Shown: piece after piece, positions 9,995 to 20,076 of the stretch
How positions within the stretch are numbered: the first letter of the stretch is position 1
How the letters are laid out: each line of letters begins with the position of its first letter
Assembly: GCA_964639595.1 (NCBI GenBank)
Contig: CAZXEC010000001.1
Coordinates: 390,903-454,902 of the forward strand
Direction of reading: 5' to 3'
Length of the DNA stretch: 64,000 nt
DNA from: an uncultured Gammaproteobacteria bacterium
GTDB taxonomy: Bacteria; Patescibacteriota; Microgenomatia; CAZXEC01
Made by a program: the position numbers and the translations under genes
The notes under the pieces: generated by a model
What the model saw: only the letters and a program-made list of their open reading frames with translations
What the model was told of the DNA's origin: nothing
Database searches by the model: none

Positions 9995-11087
9995 ATATAG
10001 TGTAGCTTTAGTCCATGATGACCTAATTCAGGCAGGCGGTGCCGAGAAAGTATTTTTGGCCATCAGTGAGATTTATCCGCAGGCAAAATTATTCACTTCT
10101 ATTGCCAATGACCAATTTCCAATAGGCGACCGAACTCAATTCCAGGCATCGTTTATGCAAAAAATTCCACTGGCCCATAAGCTGTACCGCCTGCTCCTCC
10201 CCCTTTATCCGTTGGCTTTTGAATCTTTTGATCTGTCAGGCTTTAATATAGTAATATCATCCAGCAGTAGATTTGCCCATGGGGTAATAACTCATCCAGA
10301 TAGCTTACACGTCTGGTACTGTTATAGTCCTGCCAGGTATTTATATTTTCAAAAACATTCACTATTAATAAAACCCATAATTCGTGGGCTTGAAGCTTGG
10401 GATCAGGTGGCAGCGAATAGGCCAGATAAAGTGATAGTTATTTCTAATCATGTAGCCGATAGTTTTGAGAAAGTTTATGGTAAAAAACCGGACGGTGTGG
10501 TTTACCCGTTTGTAAATTGGCCGATGTTTCAAAATAAGACTGAAAGGCCAGAAACCCTACCGGCCGTACTGGATGATGTCGACTTTTTTCTAATAGTCAG
10601 CAGACTAGTTGCCTGGAAAAAGATCGAGTTGGCTATTATTGCCTGCAACAACTTAAGGATACCATTAGTCATAGCAGGGACTGGCCCAGACGCATCTCGT
10701 CTTAAATCGATCGCCGGCAAGACGATTTTCTTTACCGGTTATTTGACTGATGAAGAATTAGTTTGGTACTATCAACATTGCCAAGCTTTAGTGATGACCC
10801 AAGAAGAGGATTTTGGGATGGTAGCTTTGGAAGCACAGGCATCAGGCAGGCCAGTAGTGGCTTATCTGGCAGGTGGAGCCAAAGAAACAATTATTGATGG
10901 TAAGACCGGCTATTTTTTTTATCCGCAGACCGGTCAAGCCTTAGCAGATGCGCTAAAAAAATTCAATGCAAAAAGCTTTGATAGTGTAGAATGTAGGGAT
11001 AACGCATTAAATTTTAGCAAGGAGAAATTTCTAGATAATTTTAATGCCGCGTTAACGAATTTATGGCACAATCATCAAACGATCTGA
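9984..11087 (+). CDS. GT4 family glycosyltransferase (WbaZ-like mannosyltransferase)
   Basis: VALVHDDL..GGAEKV, EEDFGMVALEAQASG; ATG at 9984 preferred over TTG 9969. Confidence 0.9.
   Translation: MSFKYSVALVHDDLIQAGGAEKVFLAISEIYPQAKLFTSIANDQFPIGDRTQFQASFMQKIPLAHKLYRLLLPLYPLAFESFDLSGFNIVISSSSRFAHGVITHPDSLHVWYCYSPARYLYFQKHSLLIKPIIRGLEAWDQVAANRPDKVIVISNHVADSFEKVYGKKPDGVVYPFVNWPMFQNKTERPETLPAVLDDVDFFLIVSRLVAWKKIELAIIACNNLRIPLVIAGTGPDASRLKSIAGKTIFFTGYLTDEELVWYYQHCQALVMTQEEDFGMVALEAQASGRPVVAYLAGGAKETIIDGKTGYFFYPQTGQALADALKKFNAKSFDSVECRDNALNFSKEKFLDNFNAALTNLWHNHQTI
10105..10125 (+). repeat. Three-unit heptamer array in-frame in GT4 gene
   Basis: CCAATGA CCAATTT CCAATAG (21 nt = 7 codons). Confidence 0.5.
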
Positions 11088-12163
11088 AAATTGTCATTTT
11101 TTGTGGTGGCGGAGGAACCAGGATTTGGCCTATTAGTAGAAATGCCAAGCCCAAACAATTTCAGCCTTTAGTAGGAGAAAAATCAACTTTTCAAACGATG
11201 GTGGAAGATCTGCAAAGAGCTTTTTCACCTTCTGCCATATTCCCAATTACTAAAAAAGACTATGTTGACTTTATTGCCAGTCAAGCTCCTTTTATCCCCC
11301 ATGAAAATATTCTGATAGAACCTGACGCCAGAGATACTTTTGCGGCGGTGGGTTTTGCAGCCGCAATTCTAAATAATATGTTTGTCAATCCAACTATTGT
11401 ATCCCTCTGGAGTGATCATACGATTACCAATAAAGATAAATTCGTAGAGGTAATTGGTATCGCCGGAAAACTGGCGCAAGAAGAAAGCGCTTTGGTTGAT
11501 ATAGCAGCTCGCCCAACTTTTCCCAGCACCCAATTAGGGTATCTGCAGATAGGGAAAGCGGTCAGGCAAATCAATGGGATGGGAGTTTTTCAATTTGTCA
11601 GACAAGTGGAAAAACCAGATTATCAAAGAGCTCGCGAGATGCTCAAGCTATGGGATTATGTCTGGCATATTGGCTATAAAGCTTGGCAGGCAGAGGTGAT
11701 GTTGTCACTTTATCAACAATTACAACCAGATGCCTATCAACACTTACAAGCTATTGTTGGTGAGCGCCAACGCGGTGATGAACGTAAGGTGCTAAAAGAG
11801 TATAGTGCTATCCCAAAAAGTTCAGTGGACTATGCGATTTATGTAAAAGCTGATAAACAGAAGCATCTGGTAGTTTTAGCTGACTTGGGCTGGAGTGATA
11901 TTGGAGCATGGGATGTCTTGAAAGATGAATTATCAGAAAATAAGGAGGGGAATGTTGTTAGTGGAAATATTGAAATAATAGATTTGAAAGACTGTTTAGT
12001 TTATGGGCTGGAGCACCAGAAGTTGGTAGCAGCAATAGGACTGGAAGGCTTAGTCATTGTGGATACCCCCGATGTCTTATTGGTTTGTTCCAAAGATAGA
12101 GCCCAGGATGTCAAAAAAATGGTGGAAAAATTAAAAGAAGAAGGTAAGGATAAATATCTCTAG
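11063..12163 (+). CDS. manC: Mannose-1-phosphate guanylyltransferase
   Basis: GGGGTRIWPISRNAKPKQF, VEKP, WSDIGAW, C-terminal beta-helix. Confidence 0.9.
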   Translation: MAQSSNDLKIVIFCGGGGTRIWPISRNAKPKQFQPLVGEKSTFQTMVEDLQRAFSPSAIFPITKKDYVDFIASQAPFIPHENILIEPDARDTFAAVGFAAAILNNMFVNPTIVSLWSDHTITNKDKFVEVIGIAGKLAQEESALVDIAARPTFPSTQLGYLQIGKAVRQINGMGVFQFVRQVEKPDYQRAREMLKLWDYVWHIGYKAWQAEVMLSLYQQLQPDAYQHLQAIVGERQRGDERKVLKEYSAIPKSSVDYAIYVKADKQKHLVVLADLGWSDIGAWDVLKDELSENKEGNVVSGNIEIIDLKDCLVYGLEHQKLVAAIGLEGLVIVDTPDVLLVCSKDRAQDVKKMVEKLKEEGKDKYL

Positions 12164-12203
12164 AGATATCAATAGGCCACTTGTTTATGGTAAAGTAACT
12201 GCC

Positions 12204-12827
12204 ATGCTTTATGAAGTGACAAAAAGAATAATAGATGTAATCCTGGCAATTGGGCTGGTGATTATTTTTTTACCAATAATGGTCATCACGGCCATCGCAA
12301 TTAAAATTGATTCCCCCGGTCCTATTATTTATAAACAGTTGAGAGTTGGTCGTGGAGGTCGCGAATTTTGGATTTATAAATTTCGCTCGATGAAGTCTAA
12401 TGCAGAAGAAATGCTTGCAAAAAACCCTCAACTGTTGGCCGCATTCAAGGAGGGAGATTGGAAATTAGGATTACATGAAGACCCGCGTGTGACCAGAGTT
12501 GGAAGATTCATAAGAAGTGTTACAATAGACGAGATGCCGCAATTCTGGAATGTTTTGGCAGGACAGATGAGCATTGTTGGACCGAGGGCCTATCGTCGGG
12601 AAGAACTAGCAGAGCAGCAAGACAAATATCCAGAAACAGTAGTTTATGTTGAACAAATTCTTAAAGTCAAACCGGGCATTACCGGGCCTTGGCAAGTATC
12701 AGGGAGGAATGAACTACCATTTGACCTAAGAACTCACATGGATGCTGAATATGCCCAGTCCAGGTCGCTTTTGAGGGACATTTTAATCATTTTTAAAACG
12801 CCGTTTGCTATGCTATCAAAATGGTAG
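12204..12827 (+). CDS. Priming polyprenyl-phosphate sugar-phosphotransferase (WbaP/WcaJ family)
   Basis: KRIIDV, YKFRSM, DPRVTRVG, DEMPQFWNV, PGITGPWQVSGR. Confidence 0.93.
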   Translation: MLYEVTKRIIDVILAIGLVIIFLPIMVITAIAIKIDSPGPIIYKQLRVGRGGREFWIYKFRSMKSNAEEMLAKNPQLLAAFKEGDWKLGLHEDPRVTRVGRFIRSVTIDEMPQFWNVLAGQMSIVGPRAYRREELAEQQDKYPETVVYVEQILKVKPGITGPWQVSGRNELPFDLRTHMDAEYAQSRSLLRDILIIFKTPFAMLSKW

Positions 12828-12839
12828 AATATTATAATT

Positions 12840-14801
12840 ATGGTAGATGATCTTAACAAAACCCTACAGCAGATTGATCAACCCCCATCGCCGGTTATTC
12901 CCGCTATTCAATCTAAAATCTCCAATCCGGTCAATAAACAATCCAGGTTTATTCCTAGATTGTCGATGTCGCCCAAAATGGCCAAAGTTGGTTTGGGCGT
13001 CTTGTTTGCTTGCGCGCTACTGTATCTGCTTTTAGTTCGGCCTTTTATCCAAGTAATAGCGTCAGCCAAACAAGCCAGCAACGAAGGTAAAAAAATTGTC
13101 ATCTCTCTTAAAAACCAAGATTTAGACGGAGCCAAAGCCGCTGTCGCTCCCACCAGGGAAAAATTGCGCCAAGTTGAAAAAAGTCTGGAATATTTTGCTT
13201 TCTTGAAAACAGTACCGTTTTTAGGGAGTTATTATAATGATGGTAGTCATGCTCTCAAGGCAGCATTTATTGGCTTAGATTCAGTTGGGATAATGATCGA
13301 TATAATCACCCCCTATTCTGACTTGTTAGGTTTGAAAGGACGTAGTAATTTTATGGGTGGTAGCCCGCAGGAGAGGTTTCAAAAAGTAGTCCAAACCATT
13401 GATAAAGTAATCCCCGATCTAGATAAATTAGCTCCCAAATTTCAGGAAATTAGAATAGAGGTAGATCAAATTGATCCTGGCAGATACCCGCAAGGCTGGT
13501 TTGGGTTAAGCATTAAGTCTCAAATCAGTTCGGTTATTACCCTAATACAACAAGTAGAGACTCTAGTGGTAGAAGCAAGGCCAGCTTTGGAAGTACTGCC
13601 GTCAATCATGGGCCAACCGACACCTAAGCGCTATTTAGTGCTTTTCCAAAATGATAAAGAGCTACGACCATCCGGGGGATTTTTAACAGCGTATACCTAT
13701 TTGATTTTTGACCGTGGTAAGATTCAGGCAACTGGATCTGATGATATTTATAACCTGGATACCAGGTTACATAATATTTGTTTGAGGAAGATCTGCCCCC
13801 TGGCTCCCCCAGCTCCAATCGTCAGGTATTTGCCGGAACCCGATGGCAAACCAAAAACAGCTTGGGATTCCCGTGATTCTAACTTATCTCCTGACTGGAA
13901 AGTTTCTGCTCAAAGTTTTGAGAGGTTTTATCAAATTATCGGCGGTCCTGCCGTAGATGGTATTATTGGGGTTGATACTAATGTTATAAAAGAGATCTTA
14001 GGAGTACTGGGACCGGTTAGGGTAGGCGGTTATTCGACAGTATTTACTAAAGATAATGTAGTTGATGAACTGGTGGATTATTCGACCATTGTCTTTAAAG
14101 GGTCATCTGGCAGGAAGCAAGTGCTGGGCGATTTGATGTATTCCATCATGCAGTATATTCTCCAATCTGGCAGAGATAAAATACCCAATTTGATCAACAC
14201 TGGTATAGAAATGGGGAATAAAAAGCACATTTTGGTTTACTTTCATGACGCAAAATCCCAAGAGGCGGCTGAAAAATTTAACTGGGCAGGTAGGATCGTT
14301 GATGCCAAGGGCGATTATTTAACTGTAGTTGATTCTAATTTCGCTGGCGGTAAAGCAAATCTTTTTGTGGTTGAAAAAGTGACCCAAGAAATTAATATTT
14401 TGCTCGATGGCACAATAGAAAAGACAGTTACTATAGATTATGACAATCCCCGGGCTTTTCATCCAGACCTTAATCCCACTTACCGGGATTGGGTCAGATT
14501 ATTTGTACCGGAAGGGTCAACATTGCTGGAGCAAAAGGGCAGCCAGCATAATATCGAAGTTGCCGCAGAGCTGGGCAAAACCGTTTTCAATGGGTACGTT
14601 ATCGTCCCACCACAACAAAAAAGGCAACTGGTGGTTAAATACCGACTGCCGTTTAAGACAGATGGCAATAAAACTTATAAACTATTGATTCAGAAACAAC
14701 CAGGTACAGAAGGAGTTGAGTATACGATCAAAATTAACGGCAGGCTTTGGGAAAAACCATTCAGGCTTGATAGCGATAGAAACCTGGATATTACTTTATA
14801 A
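12840..14801 (+). CDS. DUF4012-like membrane-anchored extracellular protein
   Basis: Single N-terminal TM, long helical region, YLVLFQNDKELRPSGGF, RDSNLSPDW, QKQPG. Confidence 0.8.
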   Translation: MVDDLNKTLQQIDQPPSPVIPAIQSKISNPVNKQSRFIPRLSMSPKMAKVGLGVLFACALLYLLLVRPFIQVIASAKQASNEGKKIVISLKNQDLDGAKAAVAPTREKLRQVEKSLEYFAFLKTVPFLGSYYNDGSHALKAAFIGLDSVGIMIDIITPYSDLLGLKGRSNFMGGSPQERFQKVVQTIDKVIPDLDKLAPKFQEIRIEVDQIDPGRYPQGWFGLSIKSQISSVITLIQQVETLVVEARPALEVLPSIMGQPTPKRYLVLFQNDKELRPSGGFLTAYTYLIFDRGKIQATGSDDIYNLDTRLHNICLRKICPLAPPAPIVRYLPEPDGKPKTAWDSRDSNLSPDWKVSAQSFERFYQIIGGPAVDGIIGVDTNVIKEILGVLGPVRVGGYSTVFTKDNVVDELVDYSTIVFKGSSGRKQVLGDLMYSIMQYILQSGRDKIPNLINTGIEMGNKKHILVYFHDAKSQEAAEKFNWAGRIVDAKGDYLTVVDSNFAGGKANLFVVEKVTQEINILLDGTIEKTVTIDYDNPRAFHPDLNPTYRDWVRLFVPEGSTLLEQKGSQHNIEVAAELGKTVFNGYVIVPPQQKRQLVVKYRLPFKTDGNKTYKLLIQKQPGTEGVEYTIKINGRLWEKPFRLDSDRNLDITL

Positions 14802-14817
14802 AACTTATAGCCTCCCC

Positions 14818-15474
14818 ATGCGTTCATACAAAGATGAAGGGATAGTTTTGGATAGGATCAACTTGGGAGAAGCCGACAGATTAGTAATAATTTTTTCCAA
14901 GCATCACGGCAAAATTAAAATCCTCGCCAAAGGAGCCAGAAAAATTACCTCGAGGCGAGCTGGTCACCTGGAGCCTCTCAATCACGTGGTGTTCTCTGTT
15001 TACAAGGGCAGACATTTTGACCATCTGCTGGAAGTAGAATCAAAGCACACCTTTGCTAATGTTAAGAATTTGTTGGCTAGGGTCGGCTACGGCTATTATC
15101 TGGCGGAGTTGGTTACCTGTCTACTTGCAGAAAACCAGCCGCAGCAGGATGTTTTTGATTTGTTGTACGAAACATTAAGACAGCTGTCCGTTAATCCCCG
15201 AAAAGTATATATTCGAGCATTTGAGGTAAAAATGCTAAAATTGTTAGGATTTTGGCCATCACAGCTCTTTAGGGAAGGTTGGGTAACAGACCATTTGTTA
15301 AATGACCTGGAGACAAAAGACTTTAATCAGTTGTCACGGCTTATTATTGACAAACGACATGATGTAGAATTAGAGGGGATGCTGAAAAGCTATATTGAAG
15401 CTATTTTGGAAAAGGAGCTAAAATCGCCCAGTTTGATTAAAAAAATTAGGAACCAAAAATACGATTTTAAGTGA
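14818..15474 (+). CDS. recO: DNA repair protein RecO
   Basis: MRSYKDEGIVL..LGEADRLV..HGKIKILAKGARK; likely start ATG 14818. Confidence 0.93.
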   Translation: MRSYKDEGIVLDRINLGEADRLVIIFSKHHGKIKILAKGARKITSRRAGHLEPLNHVVFSVYKGRHFDHLLEVESKHTFANVKNLLARVGYGYYLAELVTCLLAENQPQQDVFDLLYETLRQLSVNPRKVYIRAFEVKMLKLLGFWPSQLFREGWVTDHLLNDLETKDFNQLSRLIIDKRHDVELEGMLKSYIEAILEKELKSPSLIKKIRNQKYDFK

Positions 15475-15478
15475 ATAT

Positions 15479-16822
15479 ATGGAAATAATGGACAAAATAG
15501 TATCTCTTGCCAAAAGACGAGGGTTTATCTATCCCGGGTCTGCCCTTTATGGTGGACTATCAGGAACTTGGGATTATGGGCCCCTGGGAGTAGAGCTGAA
15601 AAACAATATCAAGAGGCAATGGTGGAAGAGCATGGTTCAGCAGAGAGACGATGTTTATGGGCTTGATGCGGCCATTTTAATGAACTCACAGGCTTGGCAG
15701 GCTTCAGGACATGTGGAAGGTTTTGCGGATCAGATGGTTGATTGCAAAAATTGCCAAAAAAGGTTTAGAGTCGACCAGCTAGAATCTGGCCAGAGTAGAG
15801 CAGGCCATGATCATAATATAGACGAAAAACAAAAAAAATGTCCGGAGTGTGGAGGAGAGTTGACTGCTCCCCGGCCGTTCAACTTGATGCTCAAAACTTT
15901 TGTCGGTCCTCTGGAAGATGAGGCTGCCCAGACTTATCTGCGGCCGGAAACTGCCCAGGGTATTTTTGTTAATTTTGCCAACGTAGTTTCCTCGTTTCAT
16001 CCTAAACTCCCTTTTGGTATTGCTCAAATTGGTAAAGCGTTCAGAAATGAAATAACTCCCCGGAATTTTACCTTTAGATCTCGGGAGTTTGAACAGATGG
16101 AACTGGAGTTTTTCACAGAACCGCAAGATGATAAAAAATGGTTCGAGTTTTGGCGGCAAGAGCGCTTAAATTGGTATTTGAGCCTAGGTCTTGATCCAGA
16201 TCGTGTCAGGCTAAGAGATCAGAACAGTGAAGAGTTGGCTCATTATGCCAAGGGTGCTTGCGATATTGAGTATAATTTCCCCTTTGGCTGGTCTGAACTG
16301 GAAGGAATTGCCAATCGAGCTGATTTTGACCTGAAGCAGCATTCCCAATATTCAGGTGCAGATCTAAAGTTTGCCGACAGCAATGGCAAAAAATTCTTCC
16401 CGCATATCATTGAGCCTTCTGGCGGTGTTGATCGAGCAGCAGCCGCCTTTTTGATTGACGGCTATTGCGAGAAAGAAGATAAAGACGGCATCAGGACCAC
16501 TTTGGCCCTACACCCCAAGTTAGCACCTTATAAAGTGGCGGTTTTCCCGCTGGTTGCAAACAAGCCTCAATTGATGGGTAAGGCCCAGGAATTGTATAAG
16601 TTGCTGAAAGACAGATTTATGGTGGCTTGGGATGATATCGGTAATATTGGTAAACGTTATCGCCGGCAAGATGAGATTGGCACACCCTGGTGCGTCACTG
16701 TCGACTATCAAACTCTGGAGGATGACTCGGTAACTGTACGTGATAGGGATAATATGAAGCAGGATCGGGTTTCTAGCGGAGAACTTATTGAGCATCTCCA
16801 TTCCCATCTTAAAGCTGTTTAG
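15479..16822 (+). CDS. glyQS: Glycine--tRNA ligase, homodimeric (alpha2) type
   Basis: YLRPETAQGIF, AFRNEITPRNF, IGKRYRRQDEIGTP. Confidence 0.97.
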   Translation: MEIMDKIVSLAKRRGFIYPGSALYGGLSGTWDYGPLGVELKNNIKRQWWKSMVQQRDDVYGLDAAILMNSQAWQASGHVEGFADQMVDCKNCQKRFRVDQLESGQSRAGHDHNIDEKQKKCPECGGELTAPRPFNLMLKTFVGPLEDEAAQTYLRPETAQGIFVNFANVVSSFHPKLPFGIAQIGKAFRNEITPRNFTFRSREFEQMELEFFTEPQDDKKWFEFWRQERLNWYLSLGLDPDRVRLRDQNSEELAHYAKGACDIEYNFPFGWSELEGIANRADFDLKQHSQYSGADLKFADSNGKKFFPHIIEPSGGVDRAAAAFLIDGYCEKEDKDGIRTTLALHPKLAPYKVAVFPLVANKPQLMGKAQELYKLLKDRFMVAWDDIGNIGKRYRRQDEIGTPWCVTVDYQTLEDDSVTVRDRDNMKQDRVSSGELIEHLHSHLKAV

Positions 16823-16884
16823 TCTGCCTGGTATTTTTAGCAAGTTTCCCCTTAAAAGTTCAGTTTTGAATCGTCTTCCTAAGT

Positions 16885-16913
16885 TTGAACCAGCTTCAAA
16901 TTCGGAGTATAAT
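16885..16913 (+). promoter_or_regulatory. sigma70-type leaderless promoter
   Basis: TTGAAC-17 nt-TATAAT, ATG at 16921; the ORF track's TTG start is the -35 box. Confidence 0.65.
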
Positions 16914-16920
16914 TTGCAAT

Positions 16921-17694
16921 ATGACAACGGGAAGGCGAGAGAGTGGAGGGGCACAACCAGAAGATAGAAGTCTGGTAGTTCGTTCTGAGCAATCAAGCTT
17001 GGAATCTTTTACTCAAACTCCTTTTCTTCAACAAGCTGGATTTAGTCCTCAATTCCCAGAAAGATTAATGAGATTAAATGATGTTTTATTCTCTCAACCA
17101 ATCAATAGCATTGGAATTAATCTCCAACCAGGAAGGATACCTCTTATCACAACTAGCATAGAACACAGTTCATCCACTGGATACCGAGTAAGAATCAATG
17201 CTGAACCTAAAGCTCGTATCGCAGAGATTACTGTCTATGGTAGAGGCAGGACAGTTACTATAGAAGATATAAAAGATTTCGTCAAAAGCACTTTCCCAGA
17301 AAATAAATCAATACTTCACGCTGAAGCAAGTCCACGTCTGATAGAACCACTCGAAGATTTCAATGGAGATTTACAGGAAGTAACTAGAGAGTTACTTAGA
17401 TCTTGGTTTGAAGAGAAACCTGCACATCCTTCATCTGTGATTAGTTACAGAGGACAAAACGTTGATTATCCTTATGAGTTTGATCTAGAAATTAGACTAG
17501 AGGGTCAAAATGAACCACTATTCCGCCTGTTATTAGGAATTAATTTGGCTACTACAGTAGGATGCGAGATAAAAGCTGATAGTTGGCCAGCTTTCTATTA
17601 TAAAGGTCAGTCACAAGATGTAGAAAGAGTGATTGACGGTTTAGTTAATTTATTTGGTAAATCAGAAAATTCACAAAATACCAAAGAAGATTGA
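16921..17694 (+). CDS. Hypothetical protein
   Basis: 257-codon ORF with its own promoter; no recognised motif. Confidence 0.7.
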   Translation: MTTGRRESGGAQPEDRSLVVRSEQSSLESFTQTPFLQQAGFSPQFPERLMRLNDVLFSQPINSIGINLQPGRIPLITTSIEHSSSTGYRVRINAEPKARIAEITVYGRGRTVTIEDIKDFVKSTFPENKSILHAEASPRLIEPLEDFNGDLQEVTRELLRSWFEEKPAHPSSVISYRGQNVDYPYEFDLEIRLEGQNEPLFRLLLGINLATTVGCEIKADSWPAFYYKGQSQDVERVIDGLVNLFGKSENSQNTKED

Positions 17695-17715
17695 GTAATA
17701 GTATAAAATAAGATT

Positions 17716-18270
17716 ATGGAAAGTAAAATTTTGTATTTTGGTTATGGAGCAAATCGTGATCCAAAAATGATGGAATGGATTACTGGCAATAAAAATTTAC
17801 TTGGCAAACCAGGAATTTTAAAAGGATATGCCCTTTGTGTTCAAAGAAAAGATCAGGTGCCAGATGAAATCTTACCCACAGCACCTGCGCCATTGTCTGC
17901 AAGAAGGCTACTTGATAACTGGCCCGAAACTTTTGAAAGTTATACGATTAAAAAGGATCCAAACCAGGAAGTTTACGGAACTATTTGGGTTTTAACTCCC
18001 CAAGAAAGGGAGCTAGTTAGAGACTGGGAATTACTGGATTTTGGTTGGTATAAAGATATTGCTGCTAAAGCTCAAGCTGAAGATGGTCAAGTATTAGATG
18101 TACAAACAGAAGGCATGCGAGATGATCAGGAATTTGACAGAGAGGTTGATGGTAAAAATTATGAAACTTGGCTACAGCCATCTGAAGATTTTAAAAGGAT
18201 TGCTACAAAATCCAGACAGGAATACTTTGTCAGGATGGAAGGTTCTGCAAAAACTCTAGAGAAAGTTTAA
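17716..18270 (+). CDS. Gamma-glutamylcyclotransferase (GGCT/AIG2)-fold protein
   Basis: ILYFGYGAN, EVYGTIWVL..E...DWE pattern. Confidence 0.75.
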   Translation: MESKILYFGYGANRDPKMMEWITGNKNLLGKPGILKGYALCVQRKDQVPDEILPTAPAPLSARRLLDNWPETFESYTIKKDPNQEVYGTIWVLTPQERELVRDWELLDFGWYKDIAAKAQAEDGQVLDVQTEGMRDDQEFDREVDGKNYETWLQPSEDFKRIATKSRQEYFVRMEGSAKTLEKV

Positions 18271-18352
18271 CGCTTCAACCTGCTTGTTTAATAAATATAA
18301 TAATCTATAGCTTCTACATGCTCATCTTGGATGAGGCAAGACTCTCTCCCTA

Positions 18353-18403
18353 TTGACAAGGTGAAAAAAGTGGTTCAAAATGGATATAAGTGGTGAAAAG
18401 TGG
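18353..18403 (+). promoter_or_regulatory. dcw promoter with MraZ-binding boxes
   Basis: TTGACA at 18353; AAGTGG/AAATGG/AAGTGG/AAGTGG at 18368, 18378, 18388, 18398 (10-bp period), directly upstream of mraZ. Confidence 0.85.
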
Positions 18404-18420
18404 TGTCTGCCCAAAAACTT

Positions 18421-18816
18421 ATGTTTCTTGGGCAGTATCAACCGAATTTAGACCAAAAAGCCAGAATTATCTTGCCAAAAAAGATCAGGAAGGCAATTGA
18501 CGGTCGGGAAATAATAGTAGCCAGAGGATTTGAGCAGTGTATTTTTGGATTTGAAAAAAAAGTTTGGCAGGATCGGACCGACAAAGAACTTTTACAACCA
18601 ATCACTGATGCAACATCCAGGAATAACAGGCGATATCTTTTTTCCGGGGCCTCACTGGTGGAATTAGATCAGCAAGGGAGGTTTGTGATCCCGCGCAATT
18701 TAATAACCTTTGCTCATATTACTAAAGATGTGATGGTCATTGGAGCCGGAGATCATTTTGAGATTTGGGATAGTAAAACCTGGGAGAACTATCAGACCAG
18801 ACTGGAGCAATTATGA
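18421..18816 (+). CDS. mraZ: Transcriptional regulator MraZ
   Basis: MFLGQY..LDQKARIILP, ELDQQGRFVIP, IGAGDHFEIW. Confidence 0.96.
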   Translation: MFLGQYQPNLDQKARIILPKKIRKAIDGREIIVARGFEQCIFGFEKKVWQDRTDKELLQPITDATSRNNRRYLFSGASLVELDQQGRFVIPRNLITFAHITKDVMVIGAGDHFEIWDSKTWENYQTRLEQL

Positions 18817-19694
18817 ATACTATCTTTCACCAGCCGGTGCTTTTGGCCGAGTCCGTTGACTACTTGAATGTGACAAAAGGTAGGCGATATATTGATGCCA
18901 CTTTAGGTGGTGGTGGGCATACTTGGGAGATTTTAAAAAGAGGTGGTTTGGTTTTGGGGCTGGATGTTGATGAGGCGGCAATCACCTACTGCCAGGAGAG
19001 GTTTGGGCAGGAGGAAAATTTAGTTGTAAAGCAGGGTAATTTTGCCAAGATCGCCGATATTGCTGGCTCTGCCGGTTTTGATCAAGTTGAGGGGATACTG
19101 TTTGATCTGGGTTTATCGTCGCATCAGCTTGGTGCGGCAGAAAGAGGATTTTCGTTTGCCAAAGACGGGCCTTTGGATATGCGGGCGGATTTGTCACTGG
19201 GAGTCAAAGCAGCTGATCTAGTGGGAGTGTTATCAAAAAAGGAGCTCTATGAACTTTTTCAAAATTATGGTCAAGATCCCAATTCTTGGAGAGTGGCTAA
19301 CTATATTGTTAGCCAGCGTCGAATAGAACAGATTATCTCAACCAGGCAACTGGCAGGGATAATTGAGACGGCAACTGGCAAGACCAGACGTAAAATTCAT
19401 CCGGCAACCAGAATTTTTCAAGCGCTCAGAATTGCTGTCAATGATGAGATTGGGAATCTGAAGTTAGGGCTAAGTGGCGCCATGGCAGTTTTAAAGAAAG
19501 ACGGCAAACTGGTGGTTGTTAGTTATCATTCGCTGGAAGATCGGGTGGTTAAGGATTTTTTCAAGAGTCAGAAAAATTTACGCATCGTCAATGAAAAACC
19601 AATTTTACCAACCCGTGAAGAAATTGAAATTAACCCCAGGTCAAGAAGCGCCAAGATGAGAGTAGCAGAGAAAATAATGATGAATGATGAATGA
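18813..19694 (+). CDS. rsmH: 16S rRNA C1402 methyltransferase
   Basis: HQPVLL, DATLGGGGH, DLGLSSHQL, HSLEDRVVK, NPRSRSAK. Confidence 0.97.
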   Translation: MNTIFHQPVLLAESVDYLNVTKGRRYIDATLGGGGHTWEILKRGGLVLGLDVDEAAITYCQERFGQEENLVVKQGNFAKIADIAGSAGFDQVEGILFDLGLSSHQLGAAERGFSFAKDGPLDMRADLSLGVKAADLVGVLSKKELYELFQNYGQDPNSWRVANYIVSQRRIEQIISTRQLAGIIETATGKTRRKIHPATRIFQALRIAVNDEIGNLKLGLSGAMAVLKKDGKLVVVSYHSLEDRVVKDFFKSQKNLRIVNEKPILPTREEIEINPRSRSAKMRVAEKIMMNDE

Positions 19695-19731
19695 TGAATG
19701 ATGAAGGATAAAAGATAAAAAATAAAGGTTT
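19676..19731 (+). repeat. Heptamer tandem array spanning the rsmH stop codon
   Basis: (AATGATG)x4 then AAGGATA AAAGATA AAAAATA AAGGTTT. Confidence 0.9.
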
Positions 19732-19738
19732 ACTGCCC

Positions 19739-20050
19739 ATGTATTTTGCCAAAACAGAAACAACCAAATCCGCACAGCACTACCTATTCATTTTACTAAT
19801 AGTATTAATGCTGATATTGTCATTTTTACAGCTTGTTTTGGCTAACCACCTGGCGACGCAAGGCAGAACCATGGCCAAAATTGAAGAGCAGGTTGGCATT
19901 TTAGAAGAAGAGAATCAAGAACTGCAAAATCAGAAAGCTAAAATTACTTCGATAGGTCACATAGCCCAAGAGAGTCAAAGATTAGGCTTTTACAAGCCTG
20001 GCTCTTTCCTGTATATTTCTTCTCAGACGGTTGTGGCTTTGGCTAATTGA
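19739..20050 (+). CDS. ftsL: FtsL-like cell division protein
   Basis: Single TM plus coiled coil; lies between rsmH and ftsI. Confidence 0.75.
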   Translation: MYFAKTETTKSAQHYLFILLIVLMLILSFLQLVLANHLATQGRTMAKIEEQVGILEEENQELQNQKAKITSIGHIAQESQRLGFYKPGSFLYISSQTVVALAN

Positions 20051-20076
20051 AAATTCTCGTACATTTCTTGTAACTT

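Noticed and set aside
19676-19731. Possible CRISPR array
   Set aside because: 7-nt tandem units without unique spacers; no cas genes in the window.
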